From positions 1 to 60,271 of the forward strand of contig JACPZB010000066.1 in NCBI GenBank assembly GCA_016195725.1: a stretch of 60,271 nt of DNA, given 5' to 3'. Origin of the DNA: Deltaproteobacteria bacterium (GTDB taxonomy: Bacteria > Desulfobacterota > GWC2-55-46 > UBA9637). The notes below the pieces were generated by a model, which worked only from the letters and a program-made list of their open reading frames with translations, was not told the origin of the DNA and searched no databases. A program made the translations under genes and the position numbers. This document shows, one piece after another, positions 36,403 through 45,421 of the stretch. Every line of letters starts with the position of its first letter. Within the stretch, counting starts at the first letter, position 1.

Positions 36403-37403
36403 ATCATCATTCCTTTTAAAATCTCATCATCAGCTGGCGAGTCGGCCTCAAATGTGGATGTCTCCCCATTCATTGAAAGTTTTAGCAGTTTTTTTCCGGC
36501 AGCCTTTTCTCCGGCATATCTTAAAACCATCTTGCCTGCGAGGGTATGAGTTCCGTTTTTGGATATGCCGCAAATAAGACCTGTTGGACCAATGAAATCC
36601 AAAGGCTCTATTAAGGTATCGTCTGCCTGAGCAAGATTTTTGATTTGTTTGTTATCGGCCTCGTCTCTTCCGATAATAATCTTAACATCTTTATTCAGCC
36701 TGAAATGTCTGCCTGCCTTCAAAAGCTGAAGGTCTTTCATGGTTACATCCTTTTTATTTTCCAGCAAATCCTTTACCCTTTTTGAAAATATCTTGTCTGT
36801 TAAAAGGCACCCCCCTGATGGACACGGATAGTTCTGAATATCAAGCTCTTCTGCAAGGGCTATCTGCGGTTTTCTTGAGCGACCAATCACATCAAGAAGT
36901 TTTTCTCTGTCTATTATTTTTAACTTTTCCGGAATGGTCGGCTCAAGGTGCTTTGCACAAAGTGGCCTTACAATAAGCCCATCCAGATTGCTTTCCCTTT
37001 CTATGGTCTTGAATGCGTCCCTTCTCTGGCTCATGGGCCTCTGGCCCAAAACCTCGCCGGTTACGACAAATGATGCGCCAATCTTCTCCATATATTTCTT
37101 TGCAAGTTTATGCATGTATATGCGACAGTCTACGCATGGATTTATACCCTGTCCATAGCCATACTTTGGGTTTCTCACAACCTCTATATAGTCCAGACCT
37201 TTCTGAAGAACTTTTATTGGAACACCAAATTCCTTTGCAACCCTTGCAGCCTCGTTACTGCACACGCTTCCCCTGCAACTGCAGGTGCAGAATGTAGATG
37301 TAAAGTTAAGGGCAACTATCTCAACCCCCTGTTCCAGTATTACCTTGACCGCCAGAGTTGAATCCAGTCCGCCGGAAAGGAGTGCAACAGCCTTTCTATT
37401 CAC
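36399..37403 (-). CDS. PP-loop ATPase of the ThiI/MnmA-like tRNA thiolation superfamily
   Basis: ALLSGGLDSTLAV PP-loop, NPCVDCRIYM, TGEVLGQRPMSQ and RPL motifs. There is no THUMP domain. Confidence 0.6.
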   Translation of the reverse strand: MNRKAVALLSGGLDSTLAVKVILEQGVEIVALNFTSTFCTCSCRGSVCSNEAARVAKEFGVPIKVLQKGLDYIEVVRNPKYGYGQGINPCVDCRIYMHKLAKKYMEKIGASFVVTGEVLGQRPMSQRRDAFKTIERESNLDGLIVRPLCAKHLEPTIPEKLKIIDREKLLDVIGRSRKPQIALAEELDIQNYPCPSGGCLLTDKIFSKRVKDLLENKKDVTMKDLQLLKAGRHFRLNKDVKIIIGRDEADNKQIKNLAQADDTLIEPLDFIGPTGLICGISKNGTHTLAGKMVLRYAGEKAAGKKLLKLSMNGETSTFEADSPADDEILKGMMI

Positions 37404-37546
37404 CTCGTTAGACCTCCTTTAACTTCCTCTGCAGTCAATAAGCCCCGCTTATTGACAATTCCTTAACCATAAATTAAAAATGAAGTCCCCATTAACCATG
37501 TTTTTGCATAAGAAGGCACAGGGCTAATTGGGTTTATAGATTTATC

Positions 37547-38410
37547 TTAAATGCCATACTTCCCCAGTATGATGCGGAGGTCTTTCTTTACCTTTGCAGG
37601 TATCTTCTTCCTATCTGTAACAACCGCATATTTTATGGCAGTTGCGCACTTGCACCCACGCCCACTCATGATTCGGGGGACCGCCTCTTTTATAATTGCC
37701 TTTGCTGTGGCAACATTCTTTTTCAGGGTATCAAGTATCATCTCCACGGTAACCGATTCTTCGGTTTCGTGCCAACAGTCATAGTCTGTAGAAAGCGCCA
37801 GTGTTGCATAGCACATCTCTGCCTCTCTGGCAAGCTTTGCCTCTGGGATATTCGTCATGCCTATGACATCCACGCCCCATTTTCGGTAAATCTTTGATTC
37901 TGCCCTTGTGGAAAACTGCGGTCCTTCAATGCATATATATGTTCCACCTTTATGGATAGTAGCCCCAACAGCCTTTCCAGCTTCGTAAAGGATGCTGCTC
38001 AGATGAGGACAGACTGGTTCTGCGAACTCCACATGGCCAACGATGCCGCTGCCAAAAAAGGTGCACGGCCTACCCTTTGTTCTGTCAAAAAACTGGTCAA
38101 CTACAACAATGTGGCCTGGCTGAATATCCTCCCTCATGCTGCCGACTGCAGAAACCGATATTATCCATTCCACGCCAAGCTTTTTCATGCCATAGATATT
38201 TGCCCTGTAATTCAGTTCAGATGGCAATATCCTGTGGCCCCTGCCGTGCCTCGGCAAAAAGACCATCTTTACATCCCCAAGTCTGCCGACTATATAGGCA
38301 TCGGACGGGTTCCCGAACGGCGTCTTTACCTTAACCTCTTTTACATTTTTCAATCCCTCCATCTCATAGAGGCCGCTCCCTCCAATAACACCAACAACCA
38401 GTTCAGACAT
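37547..38410 (-). CDS. mtnP: S-methyl-5'-thioadenosine phosphorylase
   Basis: 287-aa ORF with GVIGGSGLY, FLPRHGRGH, VGSMRE and MTNIPEAKLAREAE motifs. Confidence 0.9.
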   Translation of the reverse strand: MSELVVGVIGGSGLYEMEGLKNVKEVKVKTPFGNPSDAYIVGRLGDVKMVFLPRHGRGHRILPSELNYRANIYGMKKLGVEWIISVSAVGSMREDIQPGHIVVVDQFFDRTKGRPCTFFGSGIVGHVEFAEPVCPHLSSILYEAGKAVGATIHKGGTYICIEGPQFSTRAESKIYRKWGVDVIGMTNIPEAKLAREAEMCYATLALSTDYDCWHETEESVTVEMILDTLKKNVATAKAIIKEAVPRIMSGRGCKCATAIKYAVVTDRKKIPAKVKKDLRIILGKYGI

Positions 38411-38437
38411 TTAAATACCTCCTCTTAACAAAGGTTG

Positions 38438-40300
38438 CTATTCCTTTTCTATCACCATCAACGTCTCATCAGGATTTACAGAATCTCCAACCTTGACATA
38501 TATCTTTTTTACAATGCCGTCCATGGGTGTATGCACCTCGTTTTCCATTTTCATTGCCTCAACCGTGAGGAGCGTATCTCCGGCAGAAACCTTATTGCCC
38601 TCGGATACTTTTATGCTTGTAACCTTTCCCGGGATAGGCGCTGTAACATCCCCCTTCTTTGTTGCTTTCGGCCTTACTGAGGTGGTTGTCGGCTTTGCCT
38701 CTATCTCGCCTGCTGTAGCTGGAATAACCTCTGTAAGAGACTCCAGCATAACCTCTTCGAGACGCTCGTCTATCTTTAAGAAGAACGGCCTCTTTCCTTC
38801 AACCTTGTGGCCTGTGCCTGCCACCTTCACCCTGTAGGATTCGCCATGAACAGTGATAATAAATTCACTCGGCGCAAGGGATGGTATGTGAGGCACCTGG
38901 GGGGGCTGAGTTTCTTTAACCTCTTCCAGCAGCTCTGGTTCAAGCTTGCCGCTCTCCCTCTGTTCAAAATATTCCAGAGCCACATTGGGAAAAAGCGCAT
39001 AGGATAAGATATCATCGGTACTCTTTGCCCTCCCCCCAAGCTCCCTTGTAAGTTTGTCAAGTTCAGGCTCAAGCAAATCCGCAGGCCGACAGGTAATTGG
39101 TTCCTCATCACCTATCGCCTTCTTTTGCACCTTTTTCTCTATCTTGCCAGGCGGGGTGCCGTAAAGGCCTTTAAAATAATTTCTTGTCTCAGTGGTTATA
39201 ACCTTATACCTCTCTCCACTAAGGATATTCAATGTGGCCTGCGTTCCGACAACCTGGCTGGCTGGCGTAACAAGCGGCGGATATCCCATATCCTTTCTTA
39301 CCCTCGGAATCTCCTCTAAAACCTCATCCATTTTTTCAATGGCATTCTGTTCCTTTAATTGGACTGCCAGATTTGAGATCATACCGCCTGGTATCTGGAC
39401 AACGAGCGTCTTTGTATTTATGCCGGTATATTCACTTTCAAATCTTTTGTATTTCTTGCGGAGATTTCTAAAATATTCTGCTATGTCTGCCAAAAGTGCA
39501 ATGTCAAGGCCTGTATCATATACTGTGCCTTGCAGTGCCTCCACAAGGCTTTCCGTGGGCGGCTGCGCTGTGCCAGACGCAATGGATGAGATGGCGGTGT
39601 CAATCATCTCCGCGCCTGCCTCTATTGCCTTGAGATAGCTCATGGATGCAAGGCCGCTGGAATCGTGGGTGTGGATATGTATGGGAAGTTTTATTTTCTC
39701 CTTCAACATCTTTACAAGGTCATAGGCGGCATACGGCGTGAGAAGCCCTGCCATATCTTTTATACAGATAGTATCAGCGCCCATGTCCTCCAGTTGGAGT
39801 GCCATCTCCGCAAAACCCTCATGCGTATGCACAGGACTTGTTGTGTAGCATACGCAGGCCTCTACAATAGCCTTGTTTGATTTTACCGCCTTAACAGCAA
39901 CCTCAACATTTCTTATGTCATTCAGGGCGTCAAATATGCGGAATATGTCCATGCCGTTTTTTACAGAACGTTCAACAAACTTCTTCACCACATCGTCTGA
40001 GTAATGGCGATAGCCCACAAGGTTCTGTCCCCGAAGCAGCATCTGGAGCTTTGTCTTGGGCAGGGCCTTTTTTAAATCCCGAAGCCTCTGCCACGGGTCT
40101 TCTCTCAAGAAACGAAGGCATGTGTCAAATGTTGCGCCGCCCCAAACTTCAAGACTAAAGTAACCCACCTTGTCCAGCTTTTCTGCAATAGGCAGCATAT
40201 CCTCTGTCCGCATCCTTGTTGCAAGAAGAGACTGATGGGCATCACGCAATACCGTATCGGTGATTTTCACTCTCTGGTTTTTGGTTTTGTTTTTGGGCAT
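38438..40300 (-). CDS. pycB: Pyruvate carboxylase subunit B (carboxyltransferase plus biotinyl carrier); oxaloacetate decarboxylase alpha-like
   Basis: 620-aa ORF with ITDTVLRDAHQSL, HTHDSSGLA and a C-terminal biotinyl domain with EAMKMENE. It is adjacent to the biotin carboxylase subunit. Confidence 0.85.
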   Translation of the reverse strand: MPKNKTKNQRVKITDTVLRDAHQSLLATRMRTEDMLPIAEKLDKVGYFSLEVWGGATFDTCLRFLREDPWQRLRDLKKALPKTKLQMLLRGQNLVGYRHYSDDVVKKFVERSVKNGMDIFRIFDALNDIRNVEVAVKAVKSNKAIVEACVCYTTSPVHTHEGFAEMALQLEDMGADTICIKDMAGLLTPYAAYDLVKMLKEKIKLPIHIHTHDSSGLASMSYLKAIEAGAEMIDTAISSIASGTAQPPTESLVEALQGTVYDTGLDIALLADIAEYFRNLRKKYKRFESEYTGINTKTLVVQIPGGMISNLAVQLKEQNAIEKMDEVLEEIPRVRKDMGYPPLVTPASQVVGTQATLNILSGERYKVITTETRNYFKGLYGTPPGKIEKKVQKKAIGDEEPITCRPADLLEPELDKLTRELGGRAKSTDDILSYALFPNVALEYFEQRESGKLEPELLEEVKETQPPQVPHIPSLAPSEFIITVHGESYRVKVAGTGHKVEGKRPFFLKIDERLEEVMLESLTEVIPATAGEIEAKPTTTSVRPKATKKGDVTAPIPGKVTSIKVSEGNKVSAGDTLLTVEAMKMENEVHTPMDGIVKKIYVKVGDSVNPDETLMVIEKE

Positions 40301-40353
40301 GGTCTCTCCCGCAGGTGGTTTTTCGATTGTCGAATTTTGATATTCTATTTAAT

Positions 40354-40381
40354 TCGTAAATCGTAAATCGCAAATCGTAAT
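40354..40381. repeat. Tandem heptamer repeat (TCGTAAA TCGTAAA TCGCAAA TCGTAAT)
   Basis: Read directly between pycA and pycB. Confidence 0.85.
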
Positions 40382-40387
40382 TATCCT

Positions 40388-41806
40388 TCAAAACCTATGA
40401 TATGCCGCTATTGCCGCAGAAATGGCCGCCACCTTGTCAATCGGGTCTTCAAACTCGGCATAATTCAACAATTCCGGCTTTCTGTCTATATATCCAGTAT
40501 CAAAGTTGCCGTTTATAAAATCAGGGTCGTTCATTATCTTTCTTAAAAAGGGAATTGTGGTTTTTACCCCGCGGATTACAAACTCATCCAAAGACCTGTG
40601 CATCCTGCTGACAACTTCATTCCAGTCTCTTCCGCGTACCACCAGCTTTGCAACCATGGAGTCATAAAAACCAGGTATGACATAATCCTTATAAATAGCG
40701 CCGTCTATCCTTACACCGATGCCGCCCGGCGAGTAATATGCCGTAACCCTTCCACTATTGGGTCTAAAACTATTCTTAGGGTCTTCTGCACAAATGCGGC
40801 ATTCCATTGCAAAACCCCTTGCCTTAACCTTATCCTGCCCCATGTTGAGAGGCTTGCCTGCAGCAATCTCTATCTGTTTTTTTACAAGGTCAATGCCTGT
40901 AACTTCTTCTGTTATGGTATGCTCAACCTGTATCCTCGTATTCATCTCGAGAAAATAAAAATTCTTTTTGTCATCAACAAGAAACTCTACTGTCCCTGCA
41001 TTTACATAGTTTGCGGCCTTGGCAGCCTTTACAGCGGCCATGCCCATCTTATCCCTTAAATCTGCATCAAGGATGAGAGAAGGGGAAATCTCTATAATCT
41101 TTTGATGCCTCCTCTGGATTGAGCAGTCCCTTTCTCCAAGATGAATGACATTTCCATGCTTGTCTGCCAGAATCTGGAATTCAATATGATGAGGCCTCTC
41201 AATATATTTTTCTAAAAACACCTCTGATATTCCAAATGCTGCCCTTGATTCAGACTGGGCAATATCCATGTTTTTAACAAGCTCCTTTTCACCCCTTGCA
41301 ACCCTCAGCCCTCTGCCTCCTCCTCCCCCTGATGCCTTTATCATAACCGGATAGCCAATCTCCTTCGCAAACACCGCTGCCTCATCTGTATTCTTGAGGC
41401 TGCCTTCACTCCCTGGAACAATAGGCACACCTGCCTTTTTCATCATCTCCCTTGCCCTTACCTTGTCGCCCATATCAGCAATAGCCTGGCTGGTTGGGCC
41501 GATAAAGGTTATGCCCTTTTTTTCGCATAACTCTGCAAAGCTGGGCTTTTCTGAAAGAAAGCCGTAGCCAGGGTGTATAGCATCCACGCCAACTTTCAGC
41601 GCAAGGTCGACTATTCTATGGATGTTCAGATAGCCCTCAATAGGACCAGGACCGACAAGATAAGACTCGTCAGCCTTTTTAACATAAAGAGATGTGGCGT
41701 CAGCCTCTGAATAGATTGCAACGGTTGCTATGCCAAGCTCCTTGCATGCCCTGATTAGCCGTGTGGCTATCTCGCCTCTGTTTGCTACAAGCACCTTCTT
41801 AAACAT
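40388..41806 (-). CDS. pycA: Pyruvate carboxylase subunit A (biotin carboxylase)
   Basis: MFKKVLVANRGEIA N-terminus and an ATP-grasp domain (GGGGRGLRV; EMNTRIQVEH). The ORF is open to the TTG at 41824. Confidence 0.9.
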   Translation of the reverse strand: MFKKVLVANRGEIATRLIRACKELGIATVAIYSEADATSLYVKKADESYLVGPGPIEGYLNIHRIVDLALKVGVDAIHPGYGFLSEKPSFAELCEKKGITFIGPTSQAIADMGDKVRAREMMKKAGVPIVPGSEGSLKNTDEAAVFAKEIGYPVMIKASGGGGGRGLRVARGEKELVKNMDIAQSESRAAFGISEVFLEKYIERPHHIEFQILADKHGNVIHLGERDCSIQRRHQKIIEISPSLILDADLRDKMGMAAVKAAKAANYVNAGTVEFLVDDKKNFYFLEMNTRIQVEHTITEEVTGIDLVKKQIEIAAGKPLNMGQDKVKARGFAMECRICAEDPKNSFRPNSGRVTAYYSPGGIGVRIDGAIYKDYVIPGFYDSMVAKLVVRGRDWNEVVSRMHRSLDEFVIRGVKTTIPFLRKIMNDPDFINGNFDTGYIDRKPELLNYAEFEDPIDKVAAISAAIAAYHRF

Positions 41807-41904
41807 AATATTGCTTTGGGTCAAGGCGACCGTGTCGCCGTTTTTACGCCAATATAGTTGGTTCGCTCCGTAATTGTTGCATAAGAATTCCCTTATAGAA
41901 AATA

Positions 41905-41995
41905 AGTTTACCCCGTTAGAAGGATTTACTATGCTATTGGAGTCTGCCAGAAGAATTTGACCCTTTTGGAGAGAACCTTCTAACGGGGTTTAAAA
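41905..41995. repeat. REP/MITE-like inverted repeat with ACCCCGTTAGAAGG arms
   Basis: ACCCCGTTAGAAGG (41910-41923) and CCTTCTAACGGGGT (41976-41989) are perfect 14-nt inverted arms. The same core occurs at 49509, 49886 and 50444-50535. Confidence 0.75.
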
Positions 41996-42168
41996 TTAGC
42001 CTATTTAATCCTTTTCTGTCAAGACTAATTGTGAATGCGTTTATAGATTTTTATATATATTTTGGATACAATCAAAACACCTCATGAGAACCCTGAATCA
42101 ACCCTGGCCTAGTGCTATGCCAGGGTTCAGGGCGACTCAATTTTTAGCTGCCGATTTTAAAACAAACT

Positions 42169-44706
42169 ATGTCTCAAAAACCCTTCATAGATGTCGCAGT
42201 TGGGCTTCCAATGGACAAGCTGTTTACCTACAGGGTTCCTCATGTTTTATCGGATCAGGTTGCCATAGGCAAGCGCGTGCTTGTGCCGTTTGGAAAAAGG
42301 ATTGTAACAGGCTTCTGCGTCGGATTGAAGGAAAAACCGAATGTAAACCCAGTGAGAAGTCTAAATAGGGAAGATGATAAAAAAATAACCCAGTTAGGCA
42401 GCTCCGATAGAGGAACCTCCAATGGGGTAAAGGGCATAAAAGATACTATAGATGTATTAGATGATGCGCCTATATTTGATGAAAAGGGGTTAAGGCTTTT
42501 CCAATGGATGGCATATTACTATTTTGCCCCTCTTGGAGAGGTGTTAAGCCTTATATGCCCTGGTGGGGTCAATATAAAAAGCCAGAGACACTTTTCCGTA
42601 ACAGAAAAAGGAAGGTATTGCAAAGAAGATATTAACACTCTATCGAAGAGCATACTTGAGGCAGTAATCAAAAGAGACGGCAATTCTCTCGCCTCTTTAC
42701 TAAAAACTTTTAAAGGCAAGTCAATCTACAGCGCCATAAATAGGCTAAAACAGGCAGGCCTTATAAAGGAAGAGTTAAAGATTAAAGGAAGGGCAGGAGA
42801 AAGATTGGAAATCTTTGTATCTCTTCTCATGAAGGCTTCTCCAGAAAATTTCGCAAGAAAGGCTCCGATTCAAGCAAAGATTCTTGGCTATCTTCATGAG
42901 AAAGGGGAGGCCTCGGTAAAACTCTTGAGAAAAGAGCTCGGAAGTATAGACTCAGCGGTCAAAAAATTAAAAGAAAAAGGGTTCGTATCATTAACCCAAA
43001 AAAAGATTCAACGAGATCCATTTGATGATACAGTGCCGCAAACCGTTTCTCATAAACCTACTGATGAACAAAAAACGGCTATCCAAGCTATTTCGCAAGG
43101 TTTGGAAACCAACGCCTTTTCACCATTTCTTCTCTACGGCGTTACAGGGAGCGGAAAAACCTTTGTCTATTTAAAGGCGCTGGAACAAGCCATCGGTCTC
43201 GGCAAACAGGCCATTTTCTTGGTGCCAGAGATATCTCTAACCCCTTGGCCTATCAGATATCTAACAGCCATGTTTCCTAACAGAGTTGCCGTACTTCACA
43301 GTGGTCTTTCCGACGGCGAAAGATACGATGAGTGGCATAAGATAAAAGAAGGAAAAGTGGATGTGGTTGTGGGTGCAAGATCTGCCCTTTTTGCGCCCTT
43401 AAAAAATCTCGGACTTATCATTGTTGATGAAGAACATGAACCCTCTTATAAGCAGGAAGAAGGAGTAAGATACAATGCAAGGGATGTAAGTCTTATGATG
43501 GGCAAGATGTTTAATATGGCTGTTATTCTCGGTTCAGCTACTCCTTCTCTTGAGACGTTTTATAATGCAAAGAACGGCAAGATTGCACTCCTACGCCTGA
43601 TGAGAAGAGTTGAAGACAGGCAAATGCCAAAGGTAGAACTGGTGGATATGAGAAAAAATAAGGGCCAGAGGCCAACGGCTATGGATCAAGAGAATAAAAA
43701 AGAAATTATATCAGAAAGACTCAAAAACCTCATGAATAACAATCACGACCGAGGCAATCAGACCATCCTTTTTCTGAATCGCAGGGGATTTTCAAGTTTT
43801 CTAATATGCAATGACTGCGGATATACCTCTACATGTTTGAACTGCAGTGTGTCTCTTACCATGCACAAGGGCGCCGGGCTTTTAAAATGCCACTACTGTG
43901 ACGCGTCTATCCCAATCCCTGAGGTATGTCCCAAGTGTCAGAGTCAGCAGATAAGGCCGGTCGGGCTTGGTACAGAGCAGCTGGAAGCAGAGACAAGAAA
44001 GATACTCCATAAAGCAAGGGTCGCCCGCATGGACAGAGATACTACCAGAAAAAAGAGGTCTCATCAAAAAATACTGGACGCAGTTGAAAAGGGCGTTGTG
44101 GATGTGCTTGTCGGCACCCAGATGGTTGCAAAGGGGCACCACTTCCCAAATGTTACACTCGTTGGAATTGTGCTGGCAGATACCTCTCTCAATATCCCTG
44201 ATTTCAGAAGCTCTGAACGAACATTTCAGCTTATAAGCCAGGCGGCAGGAAGGGCCGGCAGAGGAAATATTGCCGGTGAGGTTGTTGTCCAGACACTCCA
44301 TCCAGATCATTTCTGTCTCAAGTGGGCTGTAGAACAGAACTATGATGGTTTTTTTGAAGAGGAGCTTAATAACAGAAAAGAACTTCTATACCCTCCTCTT
44401 TCAAGGCTTGCAAATTTAAGGTTTGAGGGAAATAAAGAATGGGAAGTGGAAGGAGCCGCAAAAAAGGCTAAAAGATTTGCAGATATTCTCCTGGAAAGCG
44501 GTTTCAAAAGGGATATAACGCTCCTGGGACCGGCTCCTGCTTTCCTTTCAAAGCTTCAGGGAAAATACCGATGGCAGATGCTATTAAAAGGAAAAGGGGC
44601 AAAATCTCTGAACCAGTTTATAAGAAATCTTTTGAACGGTTTTGAAGGAAAAAGAAACAGCAAGGTTAAACTTGTCGTGGATGTTGACCCCATAACTACA
44701 CTATAG
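42169..44706 (+). CDS. priA: Primosomal protein N' (replication restart helicase PriA)
   Basis: 845-aa ORF with Walker A GVTGSGKT, DEEHE, GSATPSLE and a Cys-rich zinc region (CNDCG..CLNC..CHYC..CPKC). Confidence 0.9.
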   Translation: MSQKPFIDVAVGLPMDKLFTYRVPHVLSDQVAIGKRVLVPFGKRIVTGFCVGLKEKPNVNPVRSLNREDDKKITQLGSSDRGTSNGVKGIKDTIDVLDDAPIFDEKGLRLFQWMAYYYFAPLGEVLSLICPGGVNIKSQRHFSVTEKGRYCKEDINTLSKSILEAVIKRDGNSLASLLKTFKGKSIYSAINRLKQAGLIKEELKIKGRAGERLEIFVSLLMKASPENFARKAPIQAKILGYLHEKGEASVKLLRKELGSIDSAVKKLKEKGFVSLTQKKIQRDPFDDTVPQTVSHKPTDEQKTAIQAISQGLETNAFSPFLLYGVTGSGKTFVYLKALEQAIGLGKQAIFLVPEISLTPWPIRYLTAMFPNRVAVLHSGLSDGERYDEWHKIKEGKVDVVVGARSALFAPLKNLGLIIVDEEHEPSYKQEEGVRYNARDVSLMMGKMFNMAVILGSATPSLETFYNAKNGKIALLRLMRRVEDRQMPKVELVDMRKNKGQRPTAMDQENKKEIISERLKNLMNNNHDRGNQTILFLNRRGFSSFLICNDCGYTSTCLNCSVSLTMHKGAGLLKCHYCDASIPIPEVCPKCQSQQIRPVGLGTEQLEAETRKILHKARVARMDRDTTRKKRSHQKILDAVEKGVVDVLVGTQMVAKGHHFPNVTLVGIVLADTSLNIPDFRSSERTFQLISQAAGRAGRGNIAGEVVVQTLHPDHFCLKWAVEQNYDGFFEEELNNRKELLYPPLSRLANLRFEGNKEWEVEGAAKKAKRFADILLESGFKRDITLLGPAPAFLSKLQGKYRWQMLLKGKGAKSLNQFIRNLLNGFEGKRNSKVKLVVDVDPITTL

Positions 44707-44803
44707 CTACCCCCCGCCAAAAGTTTTGGTGTGTGTGTGTGGTAAAAGCATACGTAAGCCCCAAAACCTTTGACCTTTATTTTTTTTATTGTATAATAAT
44801 TCT

Positions 44804-45331
44804 ATGTCTATTTTAGATATACTTAAATACCCTGACCCGTTTCTTAAAACAAAGGCCAAACCTGTATCAAGGGTGGATGAGGAAATAAAGAGACTTATCT
44901 CCGATATGGCAGAAACCATGTATTTTGCCAAAGGGATAGGCCTTGCCGCAACCCAGGCAGGCGTTAATAAAAGGGTAGCAGTGCTGGATGTCCCTAAAGG
45001 CGATAGTTATAAAAAGGGAGAAAATCTTATTGCCTTGATAAACCCTGAAATAATCGCACATGGGGGAGAAACAAAATATGAGGAAGGTTGTTTGAGTGTC
45101 CCTGGTTTTACAGCAGAGGTGAAGAGATTTACACAGGTGGTTGTAAAGGCAATTGACAAAGATAGAAATAATATAGAAATAAAGGCAGACGGTCTTTTTG
45201 CTATTGCCCTGCAGCACGAGGTAGACCATCTGAACGGCATATTATTTATAGACAGGCTGAGTAAATTAAAAAGGGATATTATCAAGCGAAAGATTAAAAA
45301 GGCTATTGAGAATGAAAAAAAGATGTTGTAA
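44804..45331 (+). CDS. def: Peptide deformylase
   Basis: GIGLAATQ, EGCLS and HEVDHLNG motifs. The ATG at 44804 is preferred; the ORF is open from 44789. Confidence 0.9.
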   Translation: MSILDILKYPDPFLKTKAKPVSRVDEEIKRLISDMAETMYFAKGIGLAATQAGVNKRVAVLDVPKGDSYKKGENLIALINPEIIAHGGETKYEEGCLSVPGFTAEVKRFTQVVVKAIDKDRNNIEIKADGLFAIALQHEVDHLNGILFIDRLSKLKRDIIKRKIKKAIENEKKML

Positions 45332-45421
45332 ATATCCATAAATTAAGTTAACATTTTAACTTCCCATGCTATTTTTAATAGTTTGGGGTGTCATAATAAG
45401 TATGATGAAAATATAACAGGT

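Noticed and set aside
44729-44741. A (GT)6 microsatellite just after priA.
   Set aside because: It is short and intergenic, with no obvious link to a phase-variable gene start.
44789-44806. An extended -10-like TGTATAAT box only 7 nt before the def ATG, which would suggest a leaderless def mRNA.
   Set aside because: It is a single A+T-rich hexamer in A+T-rich DNA without a convincing -35 element. It cannot be supported without mapping the transcript 5' end.
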